Source: Gemmatimonadaceae bacterium
GTDB taxonomy: Bacteria > Gemmatimonadota > Gemmatimonadetes > Gemmatimonadales > Gemmatimonadaceae
NCBI GenBank assembly: GCA_035936715.1
Contig: DASYVU010000194.1
Location: 223-64,222 of the forward strand
Direction: 5' to 3'
Length of the DNA stretch: 64,000 nt
This document shows positions 39,630-50,282 of this stretch, one piece after another. The notes under the pieces are model-generated. The model was not told the origin of the DNA and searched no databases. It saw only the letters and a program-made list of their open reading frames with translations. The first letter of the stretch is position 1, and each line of letters opens with the position of its first letter. A program made the position numbers and the translations under genes.

Positions 39630-41804
39630 ATGCGATCTCTCATTCAATTCGCGCTCCGCCGGCCGAAGCTCGTCATCTTCATGTGGATTGCGATGCTCAC
39701 GGCGGCCGCGCCTTTCGCATCCCGGCTCGCGGGCGCACTTCGCGGAAGCACGGACGCGGTTCCGGGCAGTCCCTCGGAGCTCGTATCCCGCAATCTCGAT
39801 CACGCATTCGGGAAAGGCTCCGCATTCGTCTTTCCGGCCGTTCTAACCTCGTCCAGTGTCGCGACCACAGATCCGCGATTTGCCGCGGCGGCGGTGAATC
39901 TCGAGCGGGTGCTCGATTCGGCAGGAACGATCGAGGTGCGGCACTACTGGAATACAGGCGACAAGACGCTGCTCGGACGCGACGGCCACTCGGCACTCGT
40001 GCTGGTAAGGCCGAATGCGGAGACTTTCTTCGATGCGGAATCGACGGTAGACCAGATCAGAGGAGCAGCGCGCGGAGCCGAACTCGGCTCACCGTTTGAC
40101 GTCAAGGTGACGGGTATGATCTCGCTCTTCCACGATCTCGATGTGAATGCGTCCGACGATCTCCTGCGCGCGGAACGCATCGGTATTCCGCTCACGCTCA
40201 TCGTGCTGCTGATCGTGTTCGGTGCACCGATCGCCGCGGGATTGCCACTAGTGCTGGCTCTGGGGACGATCGCGATCACACTCGCCGTCCTTTTCGCACT
40301 GTCACGTGTGATGCCCGTGAGCGTGTTCGCGCAGAACGCCGTGACGATGGTCGGACTCGGCATTGGTGTCGATTACGCGCTTTTCCTGGTCAGTCGCTGT
40401 CGCGAGGAGCTGTCGCGGGGTGCTTCCTTGCGACGCGCCGTCGAAACTGCCGCCAACCAGGCGGGGCATGTTGTGCTGGTGTCGGGCCTCGCGGTGTGCA
40501 CCGGATTTCTGGCTCTCTTCCTGGTCCACATTCGCTTTCTGCACACACTCGCACTCGGCGGCGTGGCTGTTGTCGTCACATCGGTGTTGATGACGCTGAC
40601 TCTGCTCCCGTCGTTGCTGCTGCTCATCGGAGAAAAGCTGAACTGGCCTCGCAAGTTGTCGCGGCGGCCGCATGGCAATGGCGGGTTGTGGGCTCGATGG
40701 GCGCGTGAGACGATGACCAGGCCGTGGCGATATCTCGTTCCCGCTGTGATCGTGCTCGCGGTGTTGATCGTACCGACGCTGCGGCTCAAGGCCTGGAACA
40801 TGGGGGCGGACGATCTTTCTCCCGCGATGGAGGCTCGCCGGGGCTACGATATCCTCGCTCGCAACTTTGCCGCCGGTTGGATGGGTCCGATCGCGATACT
40901 GGTGAAAGGTCGCGAGAATGGAAATGTCTCGACCCGTGAGCGCGAGACGGCCATAGCAGCTATCTCCTCGCGTCTTGCGTCCGATCCACGCGTGCAGATA
41001 GTTGGTGGGTATCCCAGTCGGGACGGGCGATCAGCGCTCGTCTTTGTCGTTCCGCGGTCAGCGCCGGAATCCGAAGAGGTGATGATGCTGGTGCGAGAGC
41101 TTCGCGCCGAGCCGTGGAGGGCCGCAAGTGATGCCGGCCTCGCGATTCAGGTTGGCGGGTTCAGCGCCAGCATACTGGACTTCGACGCCGAGCTTTTCGG
41201 AAGTCTGAAGCGAGTGATCCCAGTCGTGCTTGCGATCACCTTCATCGGTCTGGTTTTCGCCTTCCGGTCCATTGTGGTTCCGATCAAGGCGATCACGATG
41301 AATCTGATCTCAGTGCTCGCGGCCTACGGTTTTCTGGTGTACGTGTTTCAGGAAGGCGTTGGTGCCGGTTTGATCGGTCTCGTGCCTCCGGGCGGACTCA
41401 ACTCATTCATAGTTCTGATGTTGTTCACCATCCTCTTCGGATTGTCGATGGATTACGAGGTGTTTCTGCTTAGTCGCATCCGAGAGGAGTATCAGCGCAC
41501 GGGAGACAACAGGAAGTCGGTTGTGAGCGGCCTTTCCCGAACCGGCGGACTCATCACGAGTGCGGCACTCATCATGGTGGTTCTGTTCGGCTCGTTCGGA
41601 TTCACGCGACTGACCGCCACCCGCGAGTTCGGACTGGGGCTCGCCTTCGCTGTGGCGCTGGACGCGACGCTGATTCGCGTCGTCCTCGTTCCAATCCTGA
41701 TGGGACTGCTCGGCCGCGCCAACTGGTGGTTCCCGGTGGCGCTTCTACCGCGCGGGAGTCGCGCTCGGCGGGGAGCCGGTCAGAATGCCGTGGCGTATCC
41801 TTGA
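39630..41804 (+). CDS. MMPL-family (RND) transporter
   Basis: GLGIGVDYALF.V.R.REE, FGLSMDYEVFL.SRI.EEY and ITSAALIM. Confidence 0.92.
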   Translation: MRSLIQFALRRPKLVIFMWIAMLTAAAPFASRLAGALRGSTDAVPGSPSELVSRNLDHAFGKGSAFVFPAVLTSSSVATTDPRFAAAAVNLERVLDSAGTIEVRHYWNTGDKTLLGRDGHSALVLVRPNAETFFDAESTVDQIRGAARGAELGSPFDVKVTGMISLFHDLDVNASDDLLRAERIGIPLTLIVLLIVFGAPIAAGLPLVLALGTIAITLAVLFALSRVMPVSVFAQNAVTMVGLGIGVDYALFLVSRCREELSRGASLRRAVETAANQAGHVVLVSGLAVCTGFLALFLVHIRFLHTLALGGVAVVVTSVLMTLTLLPSLLLLIGEKLNWPRKLSRRPHGNGGLWARWARETMTRPWRYLVPAVIVLAVLIVPTLRLKAWNMGADDLSPAMEARRGYDILARNFAAGWMGPIAILVKGRENGNVSTRERETAIAAISSRLASDPRVQIVGGYPSRDGRSALVFVVPRSAPESEEVMMLVRELRAEPWRAASDAGLAIQVGGFSASILDFDAELFGSLKRVIPVVLAITFIGLVFAFRSIVVPIKAITMNLISVLAAYGFLVYVFQEGVGAGLIGLVPPGGLNSFIVLMLFTILFGLSMDYEVFLLSRIREEYQRTGDNRKSVVSGLSRTGGLITSAALIMVVLFGSFGFTRLTATREFGLGLAFAVALDATLIRVVLVPILMGLLGRANWWFPVALLPRGSRARRGAGQNAVAYP

Positions 41805-43559
41805 CGCTTTCGCTGACGCGTTGGGTAGAGGGACAACCCGCGTGCGCACCCTCACGCTGAGTCTTACCGGCAACTCGAGCGTGAGCGACTCGGAGCCACG
41901 TCGAACCACGAGTGGGAGGGTCGTCAGAATCGTCCCGTTGTAACGCGTTCGGAATTTCTCGAACGAGTCGTCGTTTGTGATCATCACGTCGCCAATCGAA
42001 ACAATCTGATCTCCCACGCGGGCGCCGGCCGCCGCGGCGGCGCCTGTCGATCCGAGCTGAGTTACCCGTACGCCAGTGCTGTCCGAGGCGGTTCCGATCC
42101 CCAACCTCGGCTCACGGATCGTGTCACTCTCGAACCGAAGCCCCGCGAGCGACAGCACTGATTCTACCGGCAGTGGCTCGCGACCGTCGACGTACCGGCG
42201 CGTGAAATCGGCGAATGATTTCCCCCGGGCGGCATAGCTGACTTCTCCCCACCAATCGGCGCCGGTGAATCCTTTCCCCCGTTTGTAGGTCGCGTAGTAC
42301 AAGCGCCGCATCACGTCGTCCAGAGTGCTGCGATTGTCGCTCGCGTCGCGTATCAGCACATCGAGCAGAAAGCCGGTAAGGCCGCCCTTCGGGTAGTAGA
42401 GCCCACTGCTGCCGTCGGTGGGATTGATCCATGAGTTGAGTGATGCATCGCTGACCGAGGTTGGAGGGGCGCTGGCGACGGAAGAAATCTCATTCGCGAT
42501 GAAATTGAAGAAACCGGTGCTGTCCTCGACGCCGCCGCGTACCAGCGCCAGCGCCCCGTAGTAATCGGTGACGCCTTCGCTAACCCAGAGCCACGTGGTT
42601 GGCTGCGCATCGTCGTAGCGATACGGAACAAGATCGGCGGGGCGGAGGCGCTTCACGTTCCAGGCGTGGAAGAACTCATGTGAGTAGAGGCTGGACGCGT
42701 TGCCGTCGAGCTGGGAGGAGAGCACTTCGTCTACCTGCGAGCTCTGATGTTCGAGGCCGCCCCCATTCACGAGCGTGTCAGAGCGCTGGAAGATCGTGTA
42801 GTTGCGAAAGGGAGCGTCGCCGAAGACGGCGACGTGGGCCGGAACGAGCTTCTGCAGCCACCCGAATGCACGATCGCGGCGCTTGGGTGTGAGACTGGCG
42901 GCAGGATACCAGGCGAGACGGACCCAGCGGTTCGCTATCCGGGTCGAATCGATGGCAAATCGCCCGACGTAGAAGGGCATGTCGGTGAGGTCGTGATAAT
43001 TCCCGGCTGTGAAATTGTTAACGCCGGGGGTAGGATCCATTCCGCTCGTCACACGCCACGTCGGCTCGGTTCGCACGGTTACGCGCGCCGGCCAATCGAA
43101 CCCGCGTCCAACGGGATACATGAAGACATTCGTGCCGTTGAAGAAAGCGAAATTGGGCGCTGTCCACGCGACGGCGCGATCGACCGCATCCGCCAGATAT
43201 TGGAACGACACACGAACCGTTCCGGCCGCGCGCGGCTTGATCTCCCACGTCTGGAAATCGAGCTTGCGCCAATCGAGCGGCGCCGCGCCGGCCTGAGCCG
43301 AAAAATTCGAGACGCGGCGGGCGAACCAGAGCAGCGTGTAGTGCCCCGGAGACCAGACAGGAAGCGAGAGGATCACAGGAGCATTGCTTGCCACGCGAAA
43401 CGACATCGCGACGCCCAACTGGCGGCGGCCCACTGCGGCGGAGTCCGCAGTGATTTCGTAGCTGATGCCGGTGATCGGTGCCGATACTCTGGGAGCCTGC
43501 GCGCTCAGCGATTCCGCAACTGCGACGGCGAGGACGAGTGCAGCGGTAGTGCGGACCAT
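41745..43559 (-). CDS. M61 glycyl aminopeptidase with PDZ domain
   Basis: W.PG.Y, GGGLEH, HEFFHAWNVKRLRP, W.SEG.TDYY, YYPKG and C-terminal PDZ. Confidence 0.92.
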   Translation of the reverse strand: MVRTTAALVLAVAVAESLSAQAPRVSAPITGISYEITADSAAVGRRQLGVAMSFRVASNAPVILSLPVWSPGHYTLLWFARRVSNFSAQAGAAPLDWRKLDFQTWEIKPRAAGTVRVSFQYLADAVDRAVAWTAPNFAFFNGTNVFMYPVGRGFDWPARVTVRTEPTWRVTSGMDPTPGVNNFTAGNYHDLTDMPFYVGRFAIDSTRIANRWVRLAWYPAASLTPKRRDRAFGWLQKLVPAHVAVFGDAPFRNYTIFQRSDTLVNGGGLEHQSSQVDEVLSSQLDGNASSLYSHEFFHAWNVKRLRPADLVPYRYDDAQPTTWLWVSEGVTDYYGALALVRGGVEDSTGFFNFIANEISSVASAPPTSVSDASLNSWINPTDGSSGLYYPKGGLTGFLLDVLIRDASDNRSTLDDVMRRLYYATYKRGKGFTGADWWGEVSYAARGKSFADFTRRYVDGREPLPVESVLSLAGLRFESDTIREPRLGIGTASDSTGVRVTQLGSTGAAAAAGARVGDQIVSIGDVMITNDDSFEKFRTRYNGTILTTLPLVVRRGSESLTLELPVRLSVRVRTRVVPLPNASAKASRIRHGILTGSPPSATPAR

Positions 43560-43694
43560 GGATTCTCCGAGGGCGTTCAAGCTCTTAAACAACGCATTTT
43601 GAACATAGGGTTTTCACCGAGGCGTCGAGCGGCGAATCCGTGAAGGCGTTCAGGTGTAGATCATACGTTAGCTTCTGTCCCACACTCTCGATAC

Positions 43695-44651
43695 ATGGGG
43701 CACCTCGTGATGATTGGTCGGACAACGGTTGCCCTCGGCGCTCTCGTTGCCGGGACACTCGGCGCTCAGACGACGCGACTTTCAATTGCGCCGGCGCGTC
43801 CGGACCCTGGCGCGATCGTGCGGCTGACGCTCGCGGCCCCCGCTTCACGGGCAGACGCGATCGTGTCGATTCACGGGTCTATGGCGGGTGAGCCCCTTCA
43901 CTTCCTTCCGTCAGCGCCGGGAACGTGGCACGCGATCGGTGCGGTTCCAGTCGACGCCACTGGCACTCTGTTGGCCGATGCTGAAGTCCGTCACGCGTCA
44001 GGGAAAATCGAATCGGTGCGGGCGCGGCTGACCTTGCCCAAGCTTCCCCCGCCGGTAGCGCAGCCACTCGCGGTGGACAGCAGCTTCACGCGTCCGCTCG
44101 ATCCCGCCACCGCGGCGAGGGTCGAGCGCGAAAACGCGCGCGCCCGCGAGGTCGGAAAGCACGCGCACGACTCGCCGCTGATGTGGACCGCGTCGTTCCT
44201 TCGTCCGCGGACGTCAGCAATCACGAGTGAATTTGGATCCGGCCGTTTGTTCAACGGAAGGATGACAAGTCGCCACCTGGGTGTTGATTTCCGCGGTGCG
44301 GTAGGCGAGCCCGTGCGCGCCGCCAATCGCGGCGTCGTCGCGCTGGTCGACAACTTCTTTCTCGCCGGCAATGTCGTCTACATAGATCACGGCGGCGGCC
44401 TGGTCACCGCGTATTTCCACCTCAGCAAGCAACTCGTGTCAGCGGGGGACACCGTGACTCGCGGGCAGGTCATCGGCTTAGTCGGCGCGACCGGTCGCGT
44501 GACGGGCCCGCATCTCCATTGGGCGGCGCGTTACGGCACGATCACCGTGAATCCGCTCGACCTCGTTTCGCTCAAGCGGAATTGGTATGGGACTTCGAGC
44601 AGCGTAAGTGATTCGCCTAAACGCTCGCCGACTCGCACGGCTCCAGAGTGA
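43695..44651 (+). CDS. M23-family metallopeptidase
   Basis: TS.FG..R.FNG, HLGVD, DHG.GL.T.Y.HLS and GATGRVTGPHLHW. Confidence 0.9.
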   Translation: MGHLVMIGRTTVALGALVAGTLGAQTTRLSIAPARPDPGAIVRLTLAAPASRADAIVSIHGSMAGEPLHFLPSAPGTWHAIGAVPVDATGTLLADAEVRHASGKIESVRARLTLPKLPPPVAQPLAVDSSFTRPLDPATAARVERENARAREVGKHAHDSPLMWTASFLRPRTSAITSEFGSGRLFNGRMTSRHLGVDFRGAVGEPVRAANRGVVALVDNFFLAGNVVYIDHGGGLVTAYFHLSKQLVSAGDTVTRGQVIGLVGATGRVTGPHLHWAARYGTITVNPLDLVSLKRNWYGTSSSVSDSPKRSPTRTAPE

Positions 44652-44659
44652 GCGCCAGG

Positions 44660-46045
44660 TCAGCTCTGATACGATCTGAGTAGCTCGTCAACTTCCGCGT
44701 ATCCGGATGGAAACCTGACCCCGCTCACTCGCGCTCCGGCGCGGAGCAGCGCTTCGACCGATTCGGGCGTCCGTCTCTCCGTCCAGTACGAATCGACGCA
44801 AGCCTTCACTGCGAGCGCCAATGGTGTGCGTCCTTTCCCGTCAGAGACGTCGATCGGCGAGCCGCGCTCGATCAGCAGCTTGACTGTTCCATGGTTCGCT
44901 CGCCAGGCGGCGACATGAATCGCCATGCTGTTCGGCGCCACGTCGAAATAACCGTCGCCCTCCTTGAAGAGCGCCCCGACATTAACGCCGAGGTCGAGGA
45001 GCTGGCGGACGCCGTTGGTATTCTCAACGCCTGAGAACGCAGCGAGCAGCCGGCCTCCCTCCGCCACGAGCTCGCTCACGAGTCGAGGGTCGTGACCTAC
45101 GATTGAACGGACAGCCGTAGCATCGTTCCTGGCGCAAGCGGCGATCAGTCGTTCGAGCCCCTCGAGAACAATCGGAATTCCTCGCTTCTCGAACAGCTCC
45201 AGCACATCGGATCGTCCTCGTCGCGCGGCTATCGCGATCGCGGATTTTCTCTCGGATCCGGTACTACCCCGGCCAGGGTGGATTGCGAGTATGGTCGGGT
45301 CGGCTCCATGGTCCATCAACACCTCGATAATCTCGAGATCGTTGTCGCTCAGCACCGCGTTATGGAGCGCGGTCTTGCCCCACCGGCTCATTCGATTCGG
45401 ATCGACGCCGTGCTCGAGGAGCCATTTGATTCCGTCGTAGTCGTGCCAGTCTGTTTTGCGCAACAGGATCATCGTTAGGCTGTCCTCGGTGAGCTTCCCA
45501 CTCTCTACAAGGACTTTCAAGGCGGCGCTGTCGTGGGTTTCCGGCGCGTGGTACGGGGTTTCCTCATCGTTTGGATCCGCGCCGCGCTCCAGCAGCAGGC
45601 GAGTGAGCCCGGCGTGGTGCGCGACGCCGGCGGCCCCGTAGATCGCGCTCTCCCACTCCGGTTTGGGCTGATGGTTCATCTCGAACCAGCCGGTATTCGC
45701 GTTCGCGCCGGCATCGAGCAACACAGTCGCGGTTCGTACAAAGCTGTCGGACCGCGCACGATCGAGACACAGGTATCTCGAAAAGCAGAGGTGCGTGAGC
45801 ACATCCCACTCGCGCGGACCACCCTTCGCTGTCGCGGCAGCTCGATCACGCTCGAGAAGCCGCCGAACGCTTTCGTCGTCACCGAGTATGGCGGCCGTGT
45901 GGATGTTGCTGCTCGCGACTTCAGGATGCTCTGCCAGGATCGACCGCGCCCGGTCGAGCGTGCCGGAAGCGTGCCCCGAATCGAGCGGTACACACGCGGC
46001 CTCGATGAAGGCTGCAACGGGATCAAGCATTTCTTCCGCAGTCAT
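44660..46045 (-). CDS. Ankyrin-repeat protein
   Basis: Repeated LL..GA.PN, G.TALH.A and G.TPL..A units. Confidence 0.88.
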   Translation of the reverse strand: MTAEEMLDPVAAFIEAACVPLDSGHASGTLDRARSILAEHPEVASSNIHTAAILGDDESVRRLLERDRAAATAKGGPREWDVLTHLCFSRYLCLDRARSDSFVRTATVLLDAGANANTGWFEMNHQPKPEWESAIYGAAGVAHHAGLTRLLLERGADPNDEETPYHAPETHDSAALKVLVESGKLTEDSLTMILLRKTDWHDYDGIKWLLEHGVDPNRMSRWGKTALHNAVLSDNDLEIIEVLMDHGADPTILAIHPGRGSTGSERKSAIAIAARRGRSDVLELFEKRGIPIVLEGLERLIAACARNDATAVRSIVGHDPRLVSELVAEGGRLLAAFSGVENTNGVRQLLDLGVNVGALFKEGDGYFDVAPNSMAIHVAAWRANHGTVKLLIERGSPIDVSDGKGRTPLALAVKACVDSYWTERRTPESVEALLRAGARVSGVRFPSGYAEVDELLRSYQS

Positions 46046-46082
46046 ATCACTATCGGACGAATAGGGGAGGGGGTTTCATAGT

Positions 46083-47216
46083 TCACATCGTCCGCTGGAG
46101 GTACCGTTCCACATTTCCGGCGAGCCGGCGCGAGGCGAGGTTTGCCTCGAATAGGTGCCCGCGGAGGCTGTGCGTGTAACCCATAAAAAAGATGCCGGGA
46201 CAAGCCGTCGGTTGTCCCGATAGCTCAATCGGCTCGTCAGAGTCGTTCAGCACGTCTTTCGTTTCGAGGAGCTCGCTCAATCCCGTGCTGAATCCTGTCG
46301 CCGCGATGATGGCATCGAATGGCTCCGCGCTGCCGTCTTCGAAGACGGCGTCAGTGGCAGTCAGCCTGCTGAGCGCCGGTCGAATTTGCACCAGGCGCTG
46401 CTTCATGGCATTGACGAAGCCTACATCAATGACGGGAATCCGTCGGGCCGAGTACGGCATCCACTCCGGTGTCGGGAGACCGTGACGAGTGAGATCCCCG
46501 AGCACGATACGCGCGGTCAGTCGCGCGAGCCGATCTGCGATCGCAGGCGGCAGGAAGCTCAGCAGAATTCCAGTCCGCTGGACCGGCATGCCGAACGGAT
46601 CGCGCGGAACGATCGGAGGCGGCGTCCGGATGCTGAGAGCCACATGCGGAGCCCCATGCTCAGCGAGATCGGTGGCGATCTCAGTGCCGCTGTTGCCGGC
46701 GCCGACGACGAGCACTCGTTTGCCAGCGTACGGAAACGCGCTCGTGTGACTCGAGGAATGGACGAGACTACCGCGATATTTCTCGCGTCCGTCCCAGTTC
46801 GGCATTATCGGAATGCGATACTGTCCAGTCGCGATGACGATGACACGAGAGTGCCAGTCGCCACGAGGTGTTGCGGCCACCCACGATGACGGCCTGTCTG
46901 ACTCGATCCGGACGTTCTGCACTGGGCAACCGGTCACGACGCGCAAATCGAAATGCCGGGCGTATTCACTCAGATACGCGACGAACTCTTCGCGCGAGAG
47001 GTATTTGGGATAACGGCGAGGAATGGGGTAGTGAGCAAGCCCCGAGAACCCACGCACCGTATGGAGGTGGAGCCGATCGTATCGCCGGGCCCAGGTGCCC
47101 CCCAGCACTTCATCCTCCTCTAGAACAACCGCCGTGATTCCGCGCCGCTGCAGCGCGCCCGCTGCGGAAAGACCCGATGCTCCTCCGCCGACAATGACGA
47201 CAGTGGATTCTGGCAT
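46083..47216 (-). CDS. Flavin-containing monooxygenase (FMO/YUCCA-like)
   Basis: GGGASG, GG.W..RYD.L.LHT, ATG, HSS and VVGAGNSG.EIA.DL. Confidence 0.9.
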   Translation of the reverse strand: MPESTVVIVGGGASGLSAAGALQRRGITAVVLEEDEVLGGTWARRYDRLHLHTVRGFSGLAHYPIPRRYPKYLSREEFVAYLSEYARHFDLRVVTGCPVQNVRIESDRPSSWVAATPRGDWHSRVIVIATGQYRIPIMPNWDGREKYRGSLVHSSSHTSAFPYAGKRVLVVGAGNSGTEIATDLAEHGAPHVALSIRTPPPIVPRDPFGMPVQRTGILLSFLPPAIADRLARLTARIVLGDLTRHGLPTPEWMPYSARRIPVIDVGFVNAMKQRLVQIRPALSRLTATDAVFEDGSAEPFDAIIAATGFSTGLSELLETKDVLNDSDEPIELSGQPTACPGIFFMGYTHSLRGHLFEANLASRRLAGNVERYLQRTM

Positions 47217-47245
47217 TACACCGAAATATCAAACGAGCCCGCTCA

Positions 47246-47983
47246 TTACAAGATCAACTTTACTCCGGCCACGATCAGCACCAGAGACAAGAGTTGTCTC
47301 AACACCGGCGCAGGCGCGCGCTTGCTTCCATAGCTCGCTCCAAACCATCCGCCCAGCACTGCCGCTGCGCCCCAGATCGGAATGTTCGCCGGAAGCTGTG
47401 ATACACTCGAGAAGTGGCCGAGCAGGCCAGCGATCGAGTTGAGGAGGATGAAGGGCGCGGCAACTCCGGACGTCGCACGCGTCTCTGCCCATCCCATGTA
47501 GAGAAGGAGCGGACTCAGAAATATTCCGCCGCCGACTCCCGTGAGTCCCGACAGGAAACCGATCGCCAGCCCGGTTACGATTGCGGCCCAGAGTGGAGGC
47601 GGATGCGTTTCCCTTGCGATGGGTCTGAGCGCCGAACGGAACATCCACACTGCGGCATAGAGGAGAACCACCCCGACGACGACTTGATACCAGCGAGCTG
47701 GAAGCATCATCGCACCTCCAATGAACGCCGCCGGAATCGACGCCACGGCGAATGGCCAGAACAGAGACCACGAGAACAGTCCGGCACGATAGAACTTCAC
47801 CGTCGCCACCGCCGCCACCAGGATGTTGAGCGCAAGCGCGGTCGGTTTCATCACGCCTGGCGTGAAATTGAACAATCCCATTACCGCGAGATACGCCGAC
47901 GCGCCCGCGTGCCCCACCGACGCATACAGCGCGGCGGCGGCAAGAAACAAAATCGCGATGATCAATGTCTCTGAAACGGACAT
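47246..47983 (-). CDS. Sulfite exporter TauE/SafE family
   Basis: YASVGH.GAS.Y and SGLTGVGGGIFLSP; start placed at MSVSET. Confidence 0.88.
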   Translation of the reverse strand: MSVSETLIIAILFLAAAALYASVGHAGASAYLAVMGLFNFTPGVMKPTALALNILVAAVATVKFYRAGLFSWSLFWPFAVASIPAAFIGGAMMLPARWYQVVVGVVLLYAAVWMFRSALRPIARETHPPPLWAAIVTGLAIGFLSGLTGVGGGIFLSPLLLYMGWAETRATSGVAAPFILLNSIAGLLGHFSSVSQLPANIPIWGAAAVLGGWFGASYGSKRAPAPVLRQLLSLVLIVAGVKLIL

Positions 47984-48034
47984 TCCCTTTCCACGTATAT
48001 TTTGTTTCCGCGCCACTCCTACCCGCGAAAGTAC

Positions 48035-49000
48035 ATGACCGAATACGCAATCGACATAGTCAACGTCACCAAGCGGTACGCCGAACATACAGCGGTGCGT
48101 GACCTGACGCTTCGCGTTCCGTCCGGAAGCGTATACGGATTACTCGGCCCCAACGGCGCCGGCAAGACGACGACGATCCGGATGATCCTCAACATCATCG
48201 CGCCTGATTCGGGCACGATTCACATCTTTGGGCGTCCGTCCAGCGATCCGAAGATCACCGAGAGATTGGGATACCTCCCCGAGGAGAGGGGACTGTATCG
48301 AAAGATGCAGGTGAAGCGCGTCCTCAAATTCCTCGCCGAGCTCAAGGGCGTGAAGGGAAGCGAAGCGGAGAAGCGCATCGACGACTGGCTCGAGCGCCTG
48401 TCGCTCAAGACGCCCGAGAAGGACTGGGGTCTGTCCAAGGTCGACGAGCTGTCGCGCGGAATGCAGCAGAAGGTTCAGTTCATCGGAACACTGCTGCACG
48501 ACCCTGATCTCGTCATTCTCGACGAGCCGTTCAGCGGACTCGACCCGATCAACGCGCAGGCACTCAAGGACACGGTCGTCGAGCTGAAAAAGCGCGGAAA
48601 GACCGTGATCTTCAGCACTCACCTGATGGACAACGCGGAGCGCCTCTGCGATTCGGTGTGCATCATAGCTCGCGGCGAGAAGGTGCTCGATGGGACTGTG
48701 ACCGGCGTGAAGGAGGAGCACGGGCAGCGGAACATCGCTCTCGCTCTCGAGGGCGATGGAATGCACGGGATCGCTTCGATCCTGCGCGATCACTCTCTGG
48801 TGAAGCGCGCCGACGACTCGAATCGCTTCTTTGAGATCGAGCTGGTTCCGGGTGGCGATCCCCAGGTGCTGCTGCGGCGCATTGTGGAGTCCGGTGCATC
48901 AGTCCAGCGATTCGAGATGATCCAGCCTTCACTCCATGAGATCTTCCTGAAGAAGGTTGGCGCCACCGGAATTGAAGAGGGAATGACGGGACATGGCTAA
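48035..49000 (+). CDS. ABC-2 exporter ATP-binding protein (YhaQ/NatA-like)
   Basis: GPNGAGKTT, GYLPEERGLY, LSRGMQQK and LDEPFSGLDP. Confidence 0.93.
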   Translation: MTEYAIDIVNVTKRYAEHTAVRDLTLRVPSGSVYGLLGPNGAGKTTTIRMILNIIAPDSGTIHIFGRPSSDPKITERLGYLPEERGLYRKMQVKRVLKFLAELKGVKGSEAEKRIDDWLERLSLKTPEKDWGLSKVDELSRGMQQKVQFIGTLLHDPDLVILDEPFSGLDPINAQALKDTVVELKKRGKTVIFSTHLMDNAERLCDSVCIIARGEKVLDGTVTGVKEEHGQRNIALALEGDGMHGIASILRDHSLVKRADDSNRFFEIELVPGGDPQVLLRRIVESGASVQRFEMIQPSLHEIFLKKVGATGIEEGMTGHG

Positions 49001-50279
49001 ACTCTGGGCAATTATCAAGCGCGAATACGTGGAGCGTGTCCGCTCCAAATGGTTCGTGATCGCGACCTTGTTCGGGCCGATTTTCTTCAGCGCGATCATT
49101 ATCGTTCCGGCGTGGCTATCGTCACGTAGCAAGGCGACGAGCGACATCTACAACACCACGATTCTCGACGCCACCGCGAGCGGATTCGGCCATCGGCTCG
49201 CCGTCAACATTGCCGGTGACAGCACAATTCCGGGACGGGTGCCCGAGGTCAGAGTCGTCGCGCCGAGCATGCTGAGCCGGGCGGAGAGCACGGCAACCCG
49301 CGAGGTGATGCAGAAGGAGAAGACAGGCTACGTCGTCGTCGACCAGCAGACGCTCGCAGGCGAGTCAGCGCGGTATGCCGGTCGCAACGCGACGTCGATC
49401 GCGGACATGGCCCAGATCAAGGGCGCGATCCGCGAGACTATACTTGCATCACGTCTGGAGAAGGTCGGGCTCGACAATTCGCGAATGAAGGAAATCACCT
49501 TCATCCCGCTGGACTTCAGCACCGAGCGAATCACGGAGAAGGGACGAGCGGGCTCGGGGTTAGCGAGCGTGATGTTCGGCTTCGCGATCGGATTTCTGCT
49601 CTATGCTTCCATCGTGATCTACGGTCAGACGATCTTGAGCGGTGTGCTCGAGGAGAAGACGACGCGGGTGGCCGAGGTCGTGATGTCGAGCGTTCCGACT
49701 GACACGCTGCTTGCCGGAAAGGTTCTCGGTGTGGGCGCGGTTGGGCTCACTCAGCAGATAATCTGGATCGTGACGACTTACGTGCTGCTCAAGCTGAGAG
49801 CGCCGATCATGGCGAAGCTTGGAGCGCCGACGATGAGCTTCACGTTGCCGGACATCTCGCTGGGTGCGGGAATAATCTTCCTGCTGTTTTTCCTGTTCGG
49901 GTTCATCTTCTACTCGTCGCTTTTCGCCGCGGTTGGTTCGTCGGTGAACAGCGAGTCCGAGGCGAGGCAGGCGGCGAGCCCGTTGATGATCATGATCATC
50001 AGCACAGCCGTGTTCATCCAGCCGGTGCTGCTCAATCCGACGGGAACGACCGCGAGAGTGTTGTCGCTCGTGCCCTTCTCGTCGCCGATCATCATGCCGA
50101 TACGAATGGCGGTAATAGGAATTCCCCCACTAGAGCTGGCGGCGAGTCTCGGATTTCTCGCGATCGGATGCATTGTCGCGCTGTGGCTTGCATCGCGGAT
50201 CTACCGCGTCGGGTTACTCATGTACGGGAAGAGGCCATCCATGAGGGAAATAGCGCGGTGGGTGTCCTATGCGCGATAG
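48993..50279 (+). CDS. ABC-2 exporter permease (YhaP/NatB-like)
   Basis: REY..RVRSK.F, EEK..RV.EV..SS, GK.LG and IYR.G.LMYGK. Confidence 0.9.
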   Translation: MAKLWAIIKREYVERVRSKWFVIATLFGPIFFSAIIIVPAWLSSRSKATSDIYNTTILDATASGFGHRLAVNIAGDSTIPGRVPEVRVVAPSMLSRAESTATREVMQKEKTGYVVVDQQTLAGESARYAGRNATSIADMAQIKGAIRETILASRLEKVGLDNSRMKEITFIPLDFSTERITEKGRAGSGLASVMFGFAIGFLLYASIVIYGQTILSGVLEEKTTRVAEVVMSSVPTDTLLAGKVLGVGAVGLTQQIIWIVTTYVLLKLRAPIMAKLGAPTMSFTLPDISLGAGIIFLLFFLFGFIFYSSLFAAVGSSVNSESEARQAASPLMIMIISTAVFIQPVLLNPTGTTARVLSLVPFSSPIIMPIRMAVIGIPPLELAASLGFLAIGCIVALWLASRIYRVGLLMYGKRPSMREIARWVSYAR

Positions 50280-50282
50280 AGC

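Noticed and set aside
41745-41804. 60-bp 3' overlap of the convergent MMPL and M61 genes
   Set aside because: Tail-to-tail overlaps of low-complexity C-termini are common in GC-rich genomes
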